This document shows positions 1 to 9,665 of a stretch of 64,000 bases of DNA, in pieces; position 1 is the stretch's first letter, and every line of letters starts with the position of its first letter. Both the position numbers and the translations under genes were made by a program. Under the pieces are notes generated by a model. That model did no database searches. It was not told the DNA's origin and worked only from the letters and a program-made list of their open reading frames with translations. Origin of the DNA: Candidatus Hadarchaeota archaeon (GTDB lineage Archaea; CAYQAE01; CAYVLA01); NCBI GenBank assembly GCA_964621445.1, contig CAZUNO010000003.1, positions 7,498 to 71,497 of the forward strand. The letters run 5' to 3'.

Positions 1-234
1 GGCCACTGCTATCTGGGGAAGGAGCCACCCCACACTCATCATGGTTCCCGTTAATCCAATTAACATGCTGGACCCGGTAAAGAGGGAAACGAATACCGGT
101 AGTACAGTTGAGGGGTGGGAAAAGGCCAACCCACCCTTGAATAGGGCACCGTTCAAGATTCCCAGAATGAAGTTACCTCTGTAATGCCGCCTGGCCTCGG
201 GTAAATCCTCGTAGGTGGCTGTGTCCTCGCCCAT
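1..234 (-). CDS. Partial CDS running off the window start: N-terminus of a membrane protein, possibly a transporter
   Basis: Reverse-complement of 1..234 reads MGEDTATYEDLPEARRHYRGNFILGILNGALFKGGLAFSHPSTVLPVFVSLFTGSSMLIGLTGTMMSVGWLLPQIAVA with no stop to the window edge. The sequence is hydrophobic. It is absent from the ORF track because it is truncated. Confidence 0.35.
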   Translation of the reverse strand, partial: MGEDTATYEDLPEARRHYRGNFILGILNGALFKGGLAFSHPSTVLPVFVSLFTGSSMLIGLTGTMMSVGWLLPQIAVA

Positions 235-443
235 TCCCTCGATCGTCCCCTACCGCCTTAATAAATGCCAACCGATCGAACTCTGACAATTATCATCTAT
301 TTGACAAAATTGAAAGGAATACACTTTTCACCATAATTCCCTGTTAATGAACAGTTCCTAGGTGCATCGCTAGATGGATTCGGGAAAATGTTCTAAGCCC
401 TTCCGCATATTTGCGTGGACGAGGGTCCTTTGGAGGCCACAGC

Positions 444-1001
444 ATGAGAGAGGCGAAGGCTACCTCCATCATAGGAGAGACCTTACCAGTACTTATCCTA
501 ATGGCCCTAGCGGGCACCATAGCCGGGCTTTTTCTCAGCGCCGCACGTAGTAGTCTAGATGCATTTCCCGGGCTCCTTGTGCTGGTCCCCGCCATGCAGA
601 ATTTACGTGGAAGCATAAGCGGCAGTTTCGCATCCCGCCTGTCAACTGCTCTTCACAGGGGTACAGTACTTCCCACCTTCAGGGGCAACCCGGAATTACC
701 TTCCTATGTGGTGGCCTCCCTGGTTATCAGCGCATTAATGTCCCTCATAGCCGGTCTTGGGGCCTTTCTGTTCTCCATGATGTTCGGTATACGAGCCCTA
801 GGCATCATGGGAATGGTAACCGTGTCAATGTCGGTCGGTGTTCTTGCGGGGACAATACACCTAATACTCAACCTAGGGGTTTCCATAACTAGTTACAGAA
901 ACGGCCTGGACCCTGACAACATATCCATCCCATCCCTCGCCATTTTTGGGGATATCGTCACCCTGTTCTGTTTTCTAATGATGATACGGGTGGTGACCTG
1001 A
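444..1001 (+). CDS. MgtE-family Mg2+ channel, TM-domain-only half-protein 1
   Basis: 5-TM protein with MgtE TM-domain signatures (PAMQNLRGSISGSFASRLST; LDPDNISIPSLAIFGDIVT). Start set at the internal ATG (M12 of the ORF at 411). Confidence 0.65.
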   Translation: MREAKATSIIGETLPVLILMALAGTIAGLFLSAARSSLDAFPGLLVLVPAMQNLRGSISGSFASRLSTALHRGTVLPTFRGNPELPSYVVASLVISALMSLIAGLGAFLFSMMFGIRALGIMGMVTVSMSVGVLAGTIHLILNLGVSITSYRNGLDPDNISIPSLAIFGDIVTLFCFLMMIRVVT

Positions 1002-1025
1002 TTGTCATCTTTTGACCCCAAGCGA

Positions 1026-1556
1026 ATGCTGGTAAGATCGGTACCGGTTCTAACCGTGCTCCTCCTCATCGAGATGGTAGGGGGGACCGCCCTCGCCAGC
1101 TCCTATCAAACGGTAAGGGCGATCTTTCTCGTGCTCATTCCCCCTTTCCTGGCTGTAGGCGGGAATGTCGGAAGCGTTTTTGGATCACGTGTGTCATCAG
1201 GACTACACCTCGGGCTGATCCGCCCTTCGTTGAGGGAAAACCCAGAGCTCAGGTCCAATCTGGTCGCATTATCAATCAGCGGGCTTGTTTCTTTCCTCTG
1301 TCTCGGCATTTTTGTTTATCTCATCGGCTCTTTAACCGGCATATCGGGTATTTCACCGCTCACATTCATGCTAATAACATTATTATCGGGGTGCTGTCTC
1401 ACCTTCCTGACCATCGGAATATCACTTGGGGTCTGTTTCGCCTCCTTTAGAAGGGGATTGGACCCTGATGATGTGGTGGTACCGGTGGTAGCTTCAATGA
1501 CGGATCTACTGGGAATAATTCTGCTTCTGGGTTTCATTATCTTGCTGGGGAGTTAG
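1026..1556 (+). CDS. MgtE-family TM-domain half-protein 2, tandem paralog
   Basis: Paralogous to 444..1001 (GGNVGSVFGSRVSSGLHLG; LDPDDVVVPVVASMTDLLG). It lies immediately downstream on the same strand. Confidence 0.65.
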   Translation: MLVRSVPVLTVLLLIEMVGGTALASSYQTVRAIFLVLIPPFLAVGGNVGSVFGSRVSSGLHLGLIRPSLRENPELRSNLVALSISGLVSFLCLGIFVYLIGSLTGISGISPLTFMLITLLSGCCLTFLTIGISLGVCFASFRRGLDPDDVVVPVVASMTDLLGIILLLGFIILLGS

Positions 1557-1558
1557 CA

Positions 1559-2170
1559 ATGGATAGCTGGGAAAACACCACTGTCAGGGGCATTCTGATC
1601 GAGATGAAGAACACCTCAGAGCTTGCCGTTTATCTCGCCTACTCAGCTCTGATGTTCCGAAACCAAAACATTGCGGATGAGGTAGCCGAGCTCGAGGAAA
1701 GGATAGATGATCTCAACTCCAACATGAGAAGGGCGGCAATGCTATCGGTCAGGAACCCAGAGGATGCCGAGAAGTTGGAGCCGCTTCTTCGTATCTCATC
1801 CGCTGCGGACAGCATATCGAACGCAGCCAGCGAGATCGCAGAACTACTCCAGAGGGGGATGAAGATACACCCCATCATCTTCGAGGCTCTGGAAATGGCG
1901 GAGGAAAAGGTTGTAAGATGCAGGATCGAGCAGGAATCCAAATTAGCTGGAGTCTCTCTGGAGGATGCCAATTTAGAGTCCCGTATCGGATTAATGGTCA
2001 TAGCCATCCGTATGCCGCGGGGCAAATGGATTTGGGGACCGGAGGATGAAACCCTAATACCGGTCAATGGTGTCATAATAGCCAGGGGACCCGGCGACGG
2101 TGCAGCAATACTCAGGCAGGTAGCCAAGGGGGAGAGAGAACTTCCTGAACTGGGGGTGGAAGAGGATTGA
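1559..2170 (+). CDS. TrkA-C (RCK_C) domain regulatory protein
   Basis: N-terminal helical region followed by a C-terminal TrkA-C-like segment (KLAGVSLEDANLESRIGLMVIAIRMPRGKWIWGPEDETLIPVNGVIIARG). Confidence 0.55.
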   Translation: MDSWENTTVRGILIEMKNTSELAVYLAYSALMFRNQNIADEVAELEERIDDLNSNMRRAAMLSVRNPEDAEKLEPLLRISSAADSISNAASEIAELLQRGMKIHPIIFEALEMAEEKVVRCRIEQESKLAGVSLEDANLESRIGLMVIAIRMPRGKWIWGPEDETLIPVNGVIIARGPGDGAAILRQVAKGERELPELGVEED

Positions 2171-2760
2171 GGGAAAACGGAAAATTAAAGGATTTAATAC
2201 TTAGCATGAAGAACCTCTCCGAGCTCACCCTAGATCTGTCCTATACCTCACTCCTATTCGATAGCCGGGAGATCTCGCGGGAGGTAGAGGAACTTGAAGA
2301 GGAGATGGACGACCTCTACTACAGAACACGCCTGGCAATACTTGACCTCGCCAAACGGGAGGAAGGGGATAGGTTGCTTAGCCTGATGCAGTTCGTGGAC
2401 TCCATGGAAAGGATAACCGATTCTGCCGCCGAGGTCTCGGAAATGGTTTCCGAGGGCATAGATCCCCATCCGGTTTTCGATATGGCCATGCGTGATACGG
2501 AGGACATCATCTCCAGGGTCGACATCCAAGAGGAATCCGTGCTGGCCAACAGGAAGCTCGCCGAACTAAAGCTCGAAACCAAGGTAGGGGTCGACATCCT
2601 GGCCATAAAACGGGGTGGAAAACTAAGGTACCACCCCGGTGAGCAGGACCACCTACGCGTAGGCGACATGCTAATAGGAAAGGGTACGGAGGAGGCATTC
2701 GATAAGCTAAGAAGCCTCGCCGGCGAGGAGGGAGAGGAAAAGCTCACGCTAGAGGAATGA
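2167..2760 (+). CDS. TrkA-C domain regulatory protein, paralog
   Basis: Same architecture as the upstream gene (VLANRKLAELKLETKVGVDILAIKRGGKLRYHPGEQDHLRVGDMLIGKG). The 4-bp overlap suggests translational coupling. An alternative ATG start lies at about 2206. Confidence 0.55.
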   Translation: MRENGKLKDLILSMKNLSELTLDLSYTSLLFDSREISREVEELEEEMDDLYYRTRLAILDLAKREEGDRLLSLMQFVDSMERITDSAAEVSEMVSEGIDPHPVFDMAMRDTEDIISRVDIQEESVLANRKLAELKLETKVGVDILAIKRGGKLRYHPGEQDHLRVGDMLIGKGTEEAFDKLRSLAGEEGEEKLTLEE

Positions 2761-2793
2761 ATCCCAAAAGCGAATGCTCCGCTCCGTCATCCT

Positions 2794-3816
2794 CTACAAT
2801 GGGAAGTTGACGACTTTTCCCTTCTTGGAGGACTGGTATATAGCCATGATGACTTCTAGAGCCTTCTTACCCTCATAACCATCCACGACGGGCTTTCTAT
2901 CCTCGTTTATTGCATCAACGAGGTCCTGTATCTGACGGGTATGTGAATTGGAGCTTATGGCAGCGGCATCAGAGGCTGCGCCTTCCTCAGTCTCTTCGGC
3001 AACCTCTTCTTCCTCGCCCTGGATCTCCCATTTGGATATCTTTCCGCCCTCCAATATGGCGGTTCCTTTCTCTCCGTGGATCTCCAGTCTTGCCGTAAGA
3101 CCGGGGTAAACGGAGGTGCTACCCTCGATTACTCCTCTAGCTCCGTTTTTAAAGCCAAGTATGCCCAGGCCCAGATCCTCAGTTTCGATATCATGGGTCA
3201 TGACGCCGATTTTTCCCCAGACCCACTCGGGATCGCCCATAATGTATCTCTGAAGGTCTATGGTATGTACGGACTGGTTAATGAGTGACCCCCCTCCATC
3301 GTATTCCCAGGTACCTCTCCAGCCGCCTTTGTCGTAGTATTCCTGAGTCCTGTACCATTTCACATAGGCATCTCCGAGGAACAGCTTCCCGAACTTGCCC
3401 TCTTCAACGGCCTCCTTGAGCCTTACGGTTGCGTCATCAAACCTGTGCTGGAAGATGACCCCTAGCTTAACGTCCCCATCCTCACAAGCTGAGATAAGGG
3501 CATCAGCCCTTTCTAGGTTGATGTCGATTGGCTTCTCGACCAAAACATGCTTGCCCGCCTCGGCTCCTTGAATTCCCAACTTGGCGTGAAGACCGCTGGG
3601 TGTACATACATCTAGAACATCAAGGTCGTCCCTATCCAGCATCTCCGATAGCTCTGTGTAGTACTCCACGCCGAACTCCTGGCCGAACTCCTCTGCAGTT
3701 GACTCAACTACATCACAGACTGCTACCACTTCTGCTCCTTCAACGTCGGCTATTGCTTTGGCATGGTGGGGGCCGATCACTCCGCCACCGACTATTCCAA
3801 ATCCGAGATCACTCAT
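2794..3816 (-). CDS. Gfo/Idh/MocA family NAD(P)-dependent oxidoreductase
   Basis: N-terminal Rossmann motif (GFGIVGGGVIGPHHAKA) and the family EKP motif (HVLVEKPI). Length is 340 aa. Confidence 0.8.
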   Translation of the reverse strand: MSDLGFGIVGGGVIGPHHAKAIADVEGAEVVAVCDVVESTAEEFGQEFGVEYYTELSEMLDRDDLDVLDVCTPSGLHAKLGIQGAEAGKHVLVEKPIDINLERADALISACEDGDVKLGVIFQHRFDDATVRLKEAVEEGKFGKLFLGDAYVKWYRTQEYYDKGGWRGTWEYDGGGSLINQSVHTIDLQRYIMGDPEWVWGKIGVMTHDIETEDLGLGILGFKNGARGVIEGSTSVYPGLTARLEIHGEKGTAILEGGKISKWEIQGEEEEVAEETEEGAASDAAAISSNSHTRQIQDLVDAINEDRKPVVDGYEGKKALEVIMAIYQSSKKGKVVNFPL

Positions 3817-3923
3817 TGTTTATCTCCGTTAACCATTGATCCCAGCTGTTCTTTAGTCTTTTTCCATAATCCATGGATCCCAGCAGGGCTCACGGCAGCT
3901 TTAATCATCAACTGATCTATCCG

Positions 3924-6080
3924 TTACTCCCTCATCCAGATATCTCTCTGGTTAAACGGCATCTTAATACCCCTTTTCGAGAACTCGCTTGCTATTTCGA
4001 GATTGATTTCATGCTTGATCTTCAACCTTCGCCCAGGGTGAGGTATCCAGGCGAATACAACCAGGTTGATTGAGGAATCCCCGAATTCCACTATCCTTAC
4101 CTCGCGCTCCGGATCCTCGAGGACCTCCTCGTGCTTTGATGAAACCTCCAAAAGGACCTGCCTGACCTCCTCTAAATCCGAACCGTATGGGACATGGACA
4201 GGTATCTGCAAACGTATCTTAGGATCGTATTTCGAGTAATTGGTTATCCTGTTCATGACAACGTTGGCGTTTGGAATTAACATACTTACATTATCCCGAG
4301 TCCTTATGATTGTAGCCCTGAGACCCACCTCCAGAACCTCCCCTTTTGCACCCTGAACCTCGACCATATCTCCACGTCTTAACGGTCTGTCGATGGTTAG
4401 GATTACTCCCGAGACCAGATTCGTCATGATCTCCTTGCTGCCAAAGGCTAGGGCGACCCCGCCAACCCCGGTCCCAACCAACAGGGGGGCAGTGTTTACA
4501 TCCAACTGGGAGATAGCGGTCAACCCTCCTACAATCGCTATGCCCCACGTCACGGCCCTAGACACCAGGAGCTGGGTACTGGCCTCTGCTCTCCTGGGGA
4601 TTAACCATAGCTTGGTCACCGCCGACGCCGCTCCCCATCCTATAATGTAGCTAGCAACCAGGATGCCAACCACGGTAAGCACATCAACTATTGGACCGCT
4701 CATTCCACCCAAACCCAGGAAGAATCCCGTTACGTTAACGTAGGAATGCTGGGTCGTGGGAGGGGTCTGATCGCTCCTTATGATGACCGTATTATCTATC
4801 CTCTCCCCCTTGCTTACGGTTTTACTAACCCGGGCTACTAGCTCCAAAGTTGTCCGGTTTGAGCCCGAATCGACGGTTCCGATAACCCAAATCGCCCGGC
4901 GAGAGCTCTCATCGTAGCTTGCATTACCGTTGGCGTAAACGAATTCAAGACCAGAGGGCAGGACATCCTCGGTAATGACATTGGTGAGGGTTTGCTGGTT
5001 CTCCGAATTATCGGAGGAAATCTGGTAAGTTATCCTGTTCCCGGGCGAGGCCTTTTCCCTGGAGGAGGTTACCGCGAAGGCCAGAGGATTATAGGAGATA
5101 TCACTTGATGGCACAACAATACCGGTAGGACTACCGGCCAGATTGGTCCCATGTAATAAATTCAAATTCGAGTCCAGAACCATCAGGTCCCCCGAGCCCC
5201 CTCCGCCTTGGTTCCCGGTTGCTATATACACCAAGCCTGTATCCTCGTCGACCGCAATCCCAACCACGTTATCCTCCGGATATCCCGTTAGCTGGCGGAT
5301 ATCTACGGAGGATTCGCGGCCCGTATCCAGTTCATACTTTATGAGAAGCCCCTTGCTCCCGTAATTGGGGCAGGATTTCCCGGTATATACGAATCCGCTC
5401 CTGGAATCTACGGCAATTGCCTGGACGGTTTGATTTACCGAATAATTTGCCACAGACGACCAGTCATCTGTCGAAAAGACCTTTATGCCGTCTCGCGGCC
5501 CTTCCGATAAACCGACCCCGGTCATGTCCCCCACATAGAGCAGGGCCCTGCTGCGATCCAGAGCCAAACCATGGGCAAGTTCCACCCCTTTTAGGTCTAT
5601 GGTGGAAATAAGTGACAGGTTCTGGTTCTTGACATCCCAGGAATAGGTGTACAGGTTATCGGTTTCTCGGTCCACGGTGTAGACCTCTCTCCCCGTTCCA
5701 TCATAAACGATGCCGGCAAGGTTCTCAGTATCCGGAGCCTGGGAAGAACCAATGCTGAGCATGGAAGTGCCATTGACCAGCTCCACGGTATTGCTCTCCT
5801 CATATGTCACGAACAGGATGCCTGAATCACTGTCGATGGCCAGACCAACTCCACCATCCCCACGCCGGGGAACCATATTCACCGACTGGTAAACCAGATA
5901 ATTCGGAGCTGGCTGTATATCAAAGGCACTTATCGGGGTCGGATTAGCGTTGATATTGCCTATTATGTATAGCGATTTCCCGGAAACCCCCTCAAAATAC
6001 GAAACGGATACGAGGGCCAATATCGCCAATACGATACACCATCTTATCTTCAAAGCTCCTCCCATCTCCAGGTCACCCAT
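3924..6080 (-). CDS. MscS-family mechanosensitive channel fused to an N-terminal secreted beta-propeller/DUF11-like domain
   Basis: Signal peptide, then YVTN/NHL-like repeats (LYVGD, VYTVD, VYIATGNQ) and a DUF11/CARDB-like segment, then TM helices and an MscS core. The C-terminal ~280 aa align along their length with the adjacent MscS gene. Confidence 0.6.
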   Translation of the reverse strand: MGDLEMGGALKIRWCIVLAILALVSVSYFEGVSGKSLYIIGNINANPTPISAFDIQPAPNYLVYQSVNMVPRRGDGGVGLAIDSDSGILFVTYEESNTVELVNGTSMLSIGSSQAPDTENLAGIVYDGTGREVYTVDRETDNLYTYSWDVKNQNLSLISTIDLKGVELAHGLALDRSRALLYVGDMTGVGLSEGPRDGIKVFSTDDWSSVANYSVNQTVQAIAVDSRSGFVYTGKSCPNYGSKGLLIKYELDTGRESSVDIRQLTGYPEDNVVGIAVDEDTGLVYIATGNQGGGGSGDLMVLDSNLNLLHGTNLAGSPTGIVVPSSDISYNPLAFAVTSSREKASPGNRITYQISSDNSENQQTLTNVITEDVLPSGLEFVYANGNASYDESSRRAIWVIGTVDSGSNRTTLELVARVSKTVSKGERIDNTVIIRSDQTPPTTQHSYVNVTGFFLGLGGMSGPIVDVLTVVGILVASYIIGWGAASAVTKLWLIPRRAEASTQLLVSRAVTWGIAIVGGLTAISQLDVNTAPLLVGTGVGGVALAFGSKEIMTNLVSGVILTIDRPLRRGDMVEVQGAKGEVLEVGLRATIIRTRDNVSMLIPNANVVMNRITNYSKYDPKIRLQIPVHVPYGSDLEEVRQVLLEVSSKHEEVLEDPEREVRIVEFGDSSINLVVFAWIPHPGRRLKIKHEINLEIASEFSKRGIKMPFNQRDIWMRE

Positions 6081-6109
6081 CTATCAATAGAACAAGGGCC
6101 TCGGTCCCC

Positions 6110-6949
6110 TCATTCCTTCCTCATCCAGACATCCACCTGGGGGAACGGAATCGCGATGTCGTTCTTACCAAACTGGTCATCTATCTGCCAGTTGATTTCG
6201 TCCCTTATCTTGACCCTTTGGCCGGGGTCATCTATCCAGCCAAAGAGTATGACATCTATGGAGGAGTTCCCAAATTCGCTAAGCCTGACCTCCGGAGGCG
6301 GGTCCTTGAGAACCTTGGGGTGCTTATCAGCTATCGATAACAGGACCTTTCTGACCTTCTCGATATCGGATCCGTAGGCGACCCCGATCGGTATCTGGAG
6401 CCTTATCTTGGGGTCGTATTTCGAGTAATTGGTGATCTTGTTGAGGATTATCAGCTTGTTTGGTATGAGGTGATTGACGTTATCCAGGTTTCTAACAGTT
6501 GATGCCCTCAAACCGACGTCCACTACCTTTCCCTCCGCTCCCTCCACATCTACAATGTCACCAGGCCTAATTGGCCTATCGACCATGATGATGATCCCCG
6601 ACACCAGGTTGGCCACTATCTCCTGTACGCCAAAAGCAAGGGCTAGGCCAACTACGCCGAGCCCCATCAGCAAAGGGGTTATCCTAATTCCGGCCTCAGC
6701 GATTGCTATCAGCACCCCCAGGATAATGATGCTGTATTTAATCACCCTAGTAATCAGAAGATCGGTGCTCAATTCGACCTTCTTGGGCTCCAGCCATATC
6801 CTCCGAACTAGGTAGGCCACCGCCCAACCGACGATATAGCTCACTAGGAGAACTACTATTATGGTAATCAGGTCCCCCCACTCGAAGGTCTCCGGATTAC
6901 CACTAGGAAAACTAGGTAATTGCATTTTAACCCGGGTCGAGGTCTCCAC
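6110..6949 (-). CDS. Small-conductance mechanosensitive channel (MscS family)
   Basis: Three TM helices followed by the MscS beta-domain (NLVSGIIIMVDRPIRPGDIVDVEGAEGKVVDVGLRAST; ITNYSKYDPKIRLQIP). Length is 279 aa. Confidence 0.8.
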   Translation of the reverse strand: METSTRVKMQLPSFPSGNPETFEWGDLITIIVVLLVSYIVGWAVAYLVRRIWLEPKKVELSTDLLITRVIKYSIIILGVLIAIAEAGIRITPLLMGLGVVGLALAFGVQEIVANLVSGIIIMVDRPIRPGDIVDVEGAEGKVVDVGLRASTVRNLDNVNHLIPNKLIILNKITNYSKYDPKIRLQIPIGVAYGSDIEKVRKVLLSIADKHPKVLKDPPPEVRLSEFGNSSIDVILFGWIDDPGQRVKIRDEINWQIDDQFGKNDIAIPFPQVDVWMRKE

Positions 6950-6987
6950 TAACCAATATTTTAAGCTTTCTTACGGAACGCGCCCTA

Positions 6988-8355
6988 TTAGACATCGAGA
7001 TACATCTGGAAATCTACATTTGATGGTCTGGAACTGTAGAGCTGAGCTTCCTCTCTCTTGATCTCCAGGAAATTGGACATTATATGATCTCCTATGGCTT
7101 CGGAGATGACCTCATCGGATTCTAGTTCATCCAGAGCTTCGGGGAGAGAACCCGGCAAAAACTCGCACCCGGCACCTGGCTTGTACAGATCCTTCTCGGT
7201 GACCTCCCCTGGTTCGATCTCCTTATCTATGCCGTCCAACCCGGCCGCTAGCATGGCTGCGAATGCCAAATACGGATTGGCCGAGGGATCCGGTGAACGA
7301 TACTCGATTCTAGTTGATGAGACATCCCCGGATGGCACCCTAATCAGGGCCGTCCGGTTCCTACGTCCCCAGGCAATGTTAACCGGGGCTTCCCAACCGG
7401 GGACAAGGCGCTTATAGGAGTTCGCTGTGGGGTTTGTGAGTGCGGTTATGCCCTTTGCATGTTTTAGGAGGCCTCCTATGTAATACAGGGCGATCTGGGA
7501 AAGGTCGCCCGTTTCGGGGTCAGAGAAAATGTTCCTCTTTTTGCCATCTTCAACGGCCACCAGATTTTGGTGGGTATGCATCCCGCTCCCGTTCATGGAG
7601 CCAAAGGGCTTCGGCATGAAGGTGGCAATCAATTCGTTACGGTAGGCGTACTGTCTGATTATATCCTTAATGGTGATGGTTGCATCCGCAATGGTTACCG
7701 CTCTGCCGTATCTGAAGTCCACCTCATATTGGCTTGGGGCCACCTCCTTGTGATAGGCCTCGTATCTAATTCCCATCATGGCCATGGCCTCCATAACCTT
7801 ACCCAGGATCGATCGGCCTCGGGTAGGCGGCGCGTCAAAATATCCCTTGTCGTCTATTCTCCTATAATCATCCTCACCCCTTTCTAGAAGGAAGAACTCG
7901 AGCTCCGGAGCAACATAGAACCTGAAATCCAGCCCGTCTACGTCCATGTGGCCTGAAAGAGCGTCCGGAATCCTATCCAGGGTCCTGGCCAGAAGGTGTC
8001 GGCTGTCACCCTCAAATGGCAGGTACTCGGAGCCGGACTTTTGTGGATAATAGACATCACACATGGCACGCCATACATCGCGGGTCCAGGGAACGGGGGT
8101 GAAAGTTTCCGGGTCGGGAATTATGAGCAGGTCGCTTTCCTCCACCGGTACCCCGTACCCGTATATGGACGAACCATCGATCTTAAAACCATCTTGGAAT
8201 ACCTTTTCATCACGGAACTCCTCGATGGTAACGCTCTTGAACTTCAAATTTCCAAGCACATCAACGAACTGGAGGTCGACGATCTGGGCACCCTCATCGG
8301 TAGCTCGTTGTAGCTTCTTTGAGAAATTAGCTAATGATTCTGAACTCGGCGGCAA
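6988..8355 (-). CDS. glnA: Glutamine synthetase type I
   Basis: 455 aa with the NGSGMHTHQ signature. The GS beta-grasp N-terminus is present (VDLQFVDVLGNLK). The catalytic-domain motifs are also present. Confidence 0.9.
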   Translation of the reverse strand: MPPSSESLANFSKKLQRATDEGAQIVDLQFVDVLGNLKFKSVTIEEFRDEKVFQDGFKIDGSSIYGYGVPVEESDLLIIPDPETFTPVPWTRDVWRAMCDVYYPQKSGSEYLPFEGDSRHLLARTLDRIPDALSGHMDVDGLDFRFYVAPELEFFLLERGEDDYRRIDDKGYFDAPPTRGRSILGKVMEAMAMMGIRYEAYHKEVAPSQYEVDFRYGRAVTIADATITIKDIIRQYAYRNELIATFMPKPFGSMNGSGMHTHQNLVAVEDGKKRNIFSDPETGDLSQIALYYIGGLLKHAKGITALTNPTANSYKRLVPGWEAPVNIAWGRRNRTALIRVPSGDVSSTRIEYRSPDPSANPYLAFAAMLAAGLDGIDKEIEPGEVTEKDLYKPGAGCEFLPGSLPEALDELESDEVISEAIGDHIMSNFLEIKREEAQLYSSRPSNVDFQMYLDV

Positions 8356-8365
8356 GCAAACACCG

Positions 8366-8379
8366 GGAATTCGTCCTTC
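8366..8379. promoter_or_regulatory. Putative NrpR-type operator (GAAG-N6-TTCC on the glnA strand) between the TATA box and the glnA start
   Basis: GGAATTCGTCCTTC lies 11-24 nt upstream of the glnA start. A TATA-like AAAGATTTATT (minus-strand reading) sits about 38 nt upstream of the start. The arrangement resembles NrpR operators overlapping the transcription start of nitrogen genes. Confidence 0.3.
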
Positions 8380-8422
8380 ACCGAGTGAATAAATCTTTCA
8401 CCCATATCTGACCTAAAAATGG

Positions 8423-9646
8423 ATGGCTTTTTCAAGTAGCACCTATCACCAGTCAGCGATCGATATGATTTCCGATGAAAAAATGATCCAAAGCGCGAAA
8501 TCCATAGTAAAATCGATGAATTTGAAGAGGGGAGACACGGTTGATTTACGGGGAGGTATCCACGCCAGGGAACTCCTGGAGGAGATCTACATAGAGTGTT
8601 ATAGGACTGGAGCGATTCCCCAGATGAATATGACCTCGGATCATTTGGCCACCCGGGTCATGGACGAGATACCAGTTGAGACCCTGGAACAGGTACCCAG
8701 ACATCGGCTGGCTTCAGTCAAGGAAACGGACTGCATGATAAGTATAGAGCCCTACGAGGACCCAAGAACAACCACCAATTTTCCCCGGGACAAGGTCCAG
8801 GCCCGAGTGAAGTCCAGCGTACCAATAAGGAAGGTCATCCATGGTGAGGACACCGGGGAAGGTAAGAAATGTTGTTATGCAGGCTGGCCCACGGAAAGGG
8901 CTGCAAGCTTTTACGGAATAGACTATCCGCTCCTCGAGAAATTCATCATAGAGGGGATGACCTTCCCCCTACAGGACCTGCGAGACAGATGCCAGGTCAT
9001 TGCCAGTCGCCTCAAGGGAGCAGAGAAGGTCCACCTAACGGACCCCCAGGGGACCGAACTAGAACTCCACATTAAGGGAAGAAGACTCAACCTCGACGAC
9101 GGGTTCGTCAGCGAACAGGATATCAAGGAAAACGATAAGGGGAATAATCTTCCGGCAGGTGAGGTCTTCGTTGCTCCCCATGAAAACAAGGGCCAGGGAA
9201 AGATCTTCTGCCCTCTGACCATAGACAGGCTCACCGGCAAGATAATCAAGGATGTTGAGCTCACCATAAAGGAGGGAAAGCTTCAGCTAGAAGATGCAAA
9301 GGCCTCCGAAAACCTTGATTCCCTGGTGGCCTCCTTCCAGCAGACAATGAAGGTGGACGAGAGTACCCAGGAAGAGGTGCGCACTCTAAACGTGGCCGAG
9401 CTCGGCATTGGCTGCAACCCAATGATTACCAAAGCAATCGGTTACGTCCTGACCGACGAGAAAATTGGCGGATCCGCGCATGTGGCATTCGGGTCCAACT
9501 TCTCGTATGGGGGCACCAGCAAGTCCTCCATGCACTGGGATTTCGTTACCGTGCCCAAGGCCACCATCGTGGCCGAGCTGAGTGGCGGGGAGAAGAGGAC
9601 GGTAATTGATGCGGGCAAGCTGCCCGAACTTCCAGCCAAAACGTAG
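8423..9646 (+). CDS. M29-family aminopeptidase (AmpS/aminopeptidase T-like)
   Basis: 407 aa with LPAGEVFVAP, GSAHVAFGSN and SSMHWDF motifs. These are characteristic of thermophilic metalloaminopeptidases. Confidence 0.65.
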   Translation: MAFSSSTYHQSAIDMISDEKMIQSAKSIVKSMNLKRGDTVDLRGGIHARELLEEIYIECYRTGAIPQMNMTSDHLATRVMDEIPVETLEQVPRHRLASVKETDCMISIEPYEDPRTTTNFPRDKVQARVKSSVPIRKVIHGEDTGEGKKCCYAGWPTERAASFYGIDYPLLEKFIIEGMTFPLQDLRDRCQVIASRLKGAEKVHLTDPQGTELELHIKGRRLNLDDGFVSEQDIKENDKGNNLPAGEVFVAPHENKGQGKIFCPLTIDRLTGKIIKDVELTIKEGKLQLEDAKASENLDSLVASFQQTMKVDESTQEEVRTLNVAELGIGCNPMITKAIGYVLTDEKIGGSAHVAFGSNFSYGGTSKSSMHWDFVTVPKATIVAELSGGEKRTVIDAGKLPELPAKT

Positions 9647-9665
9647 TACCTGAAACGGTGGTAAA

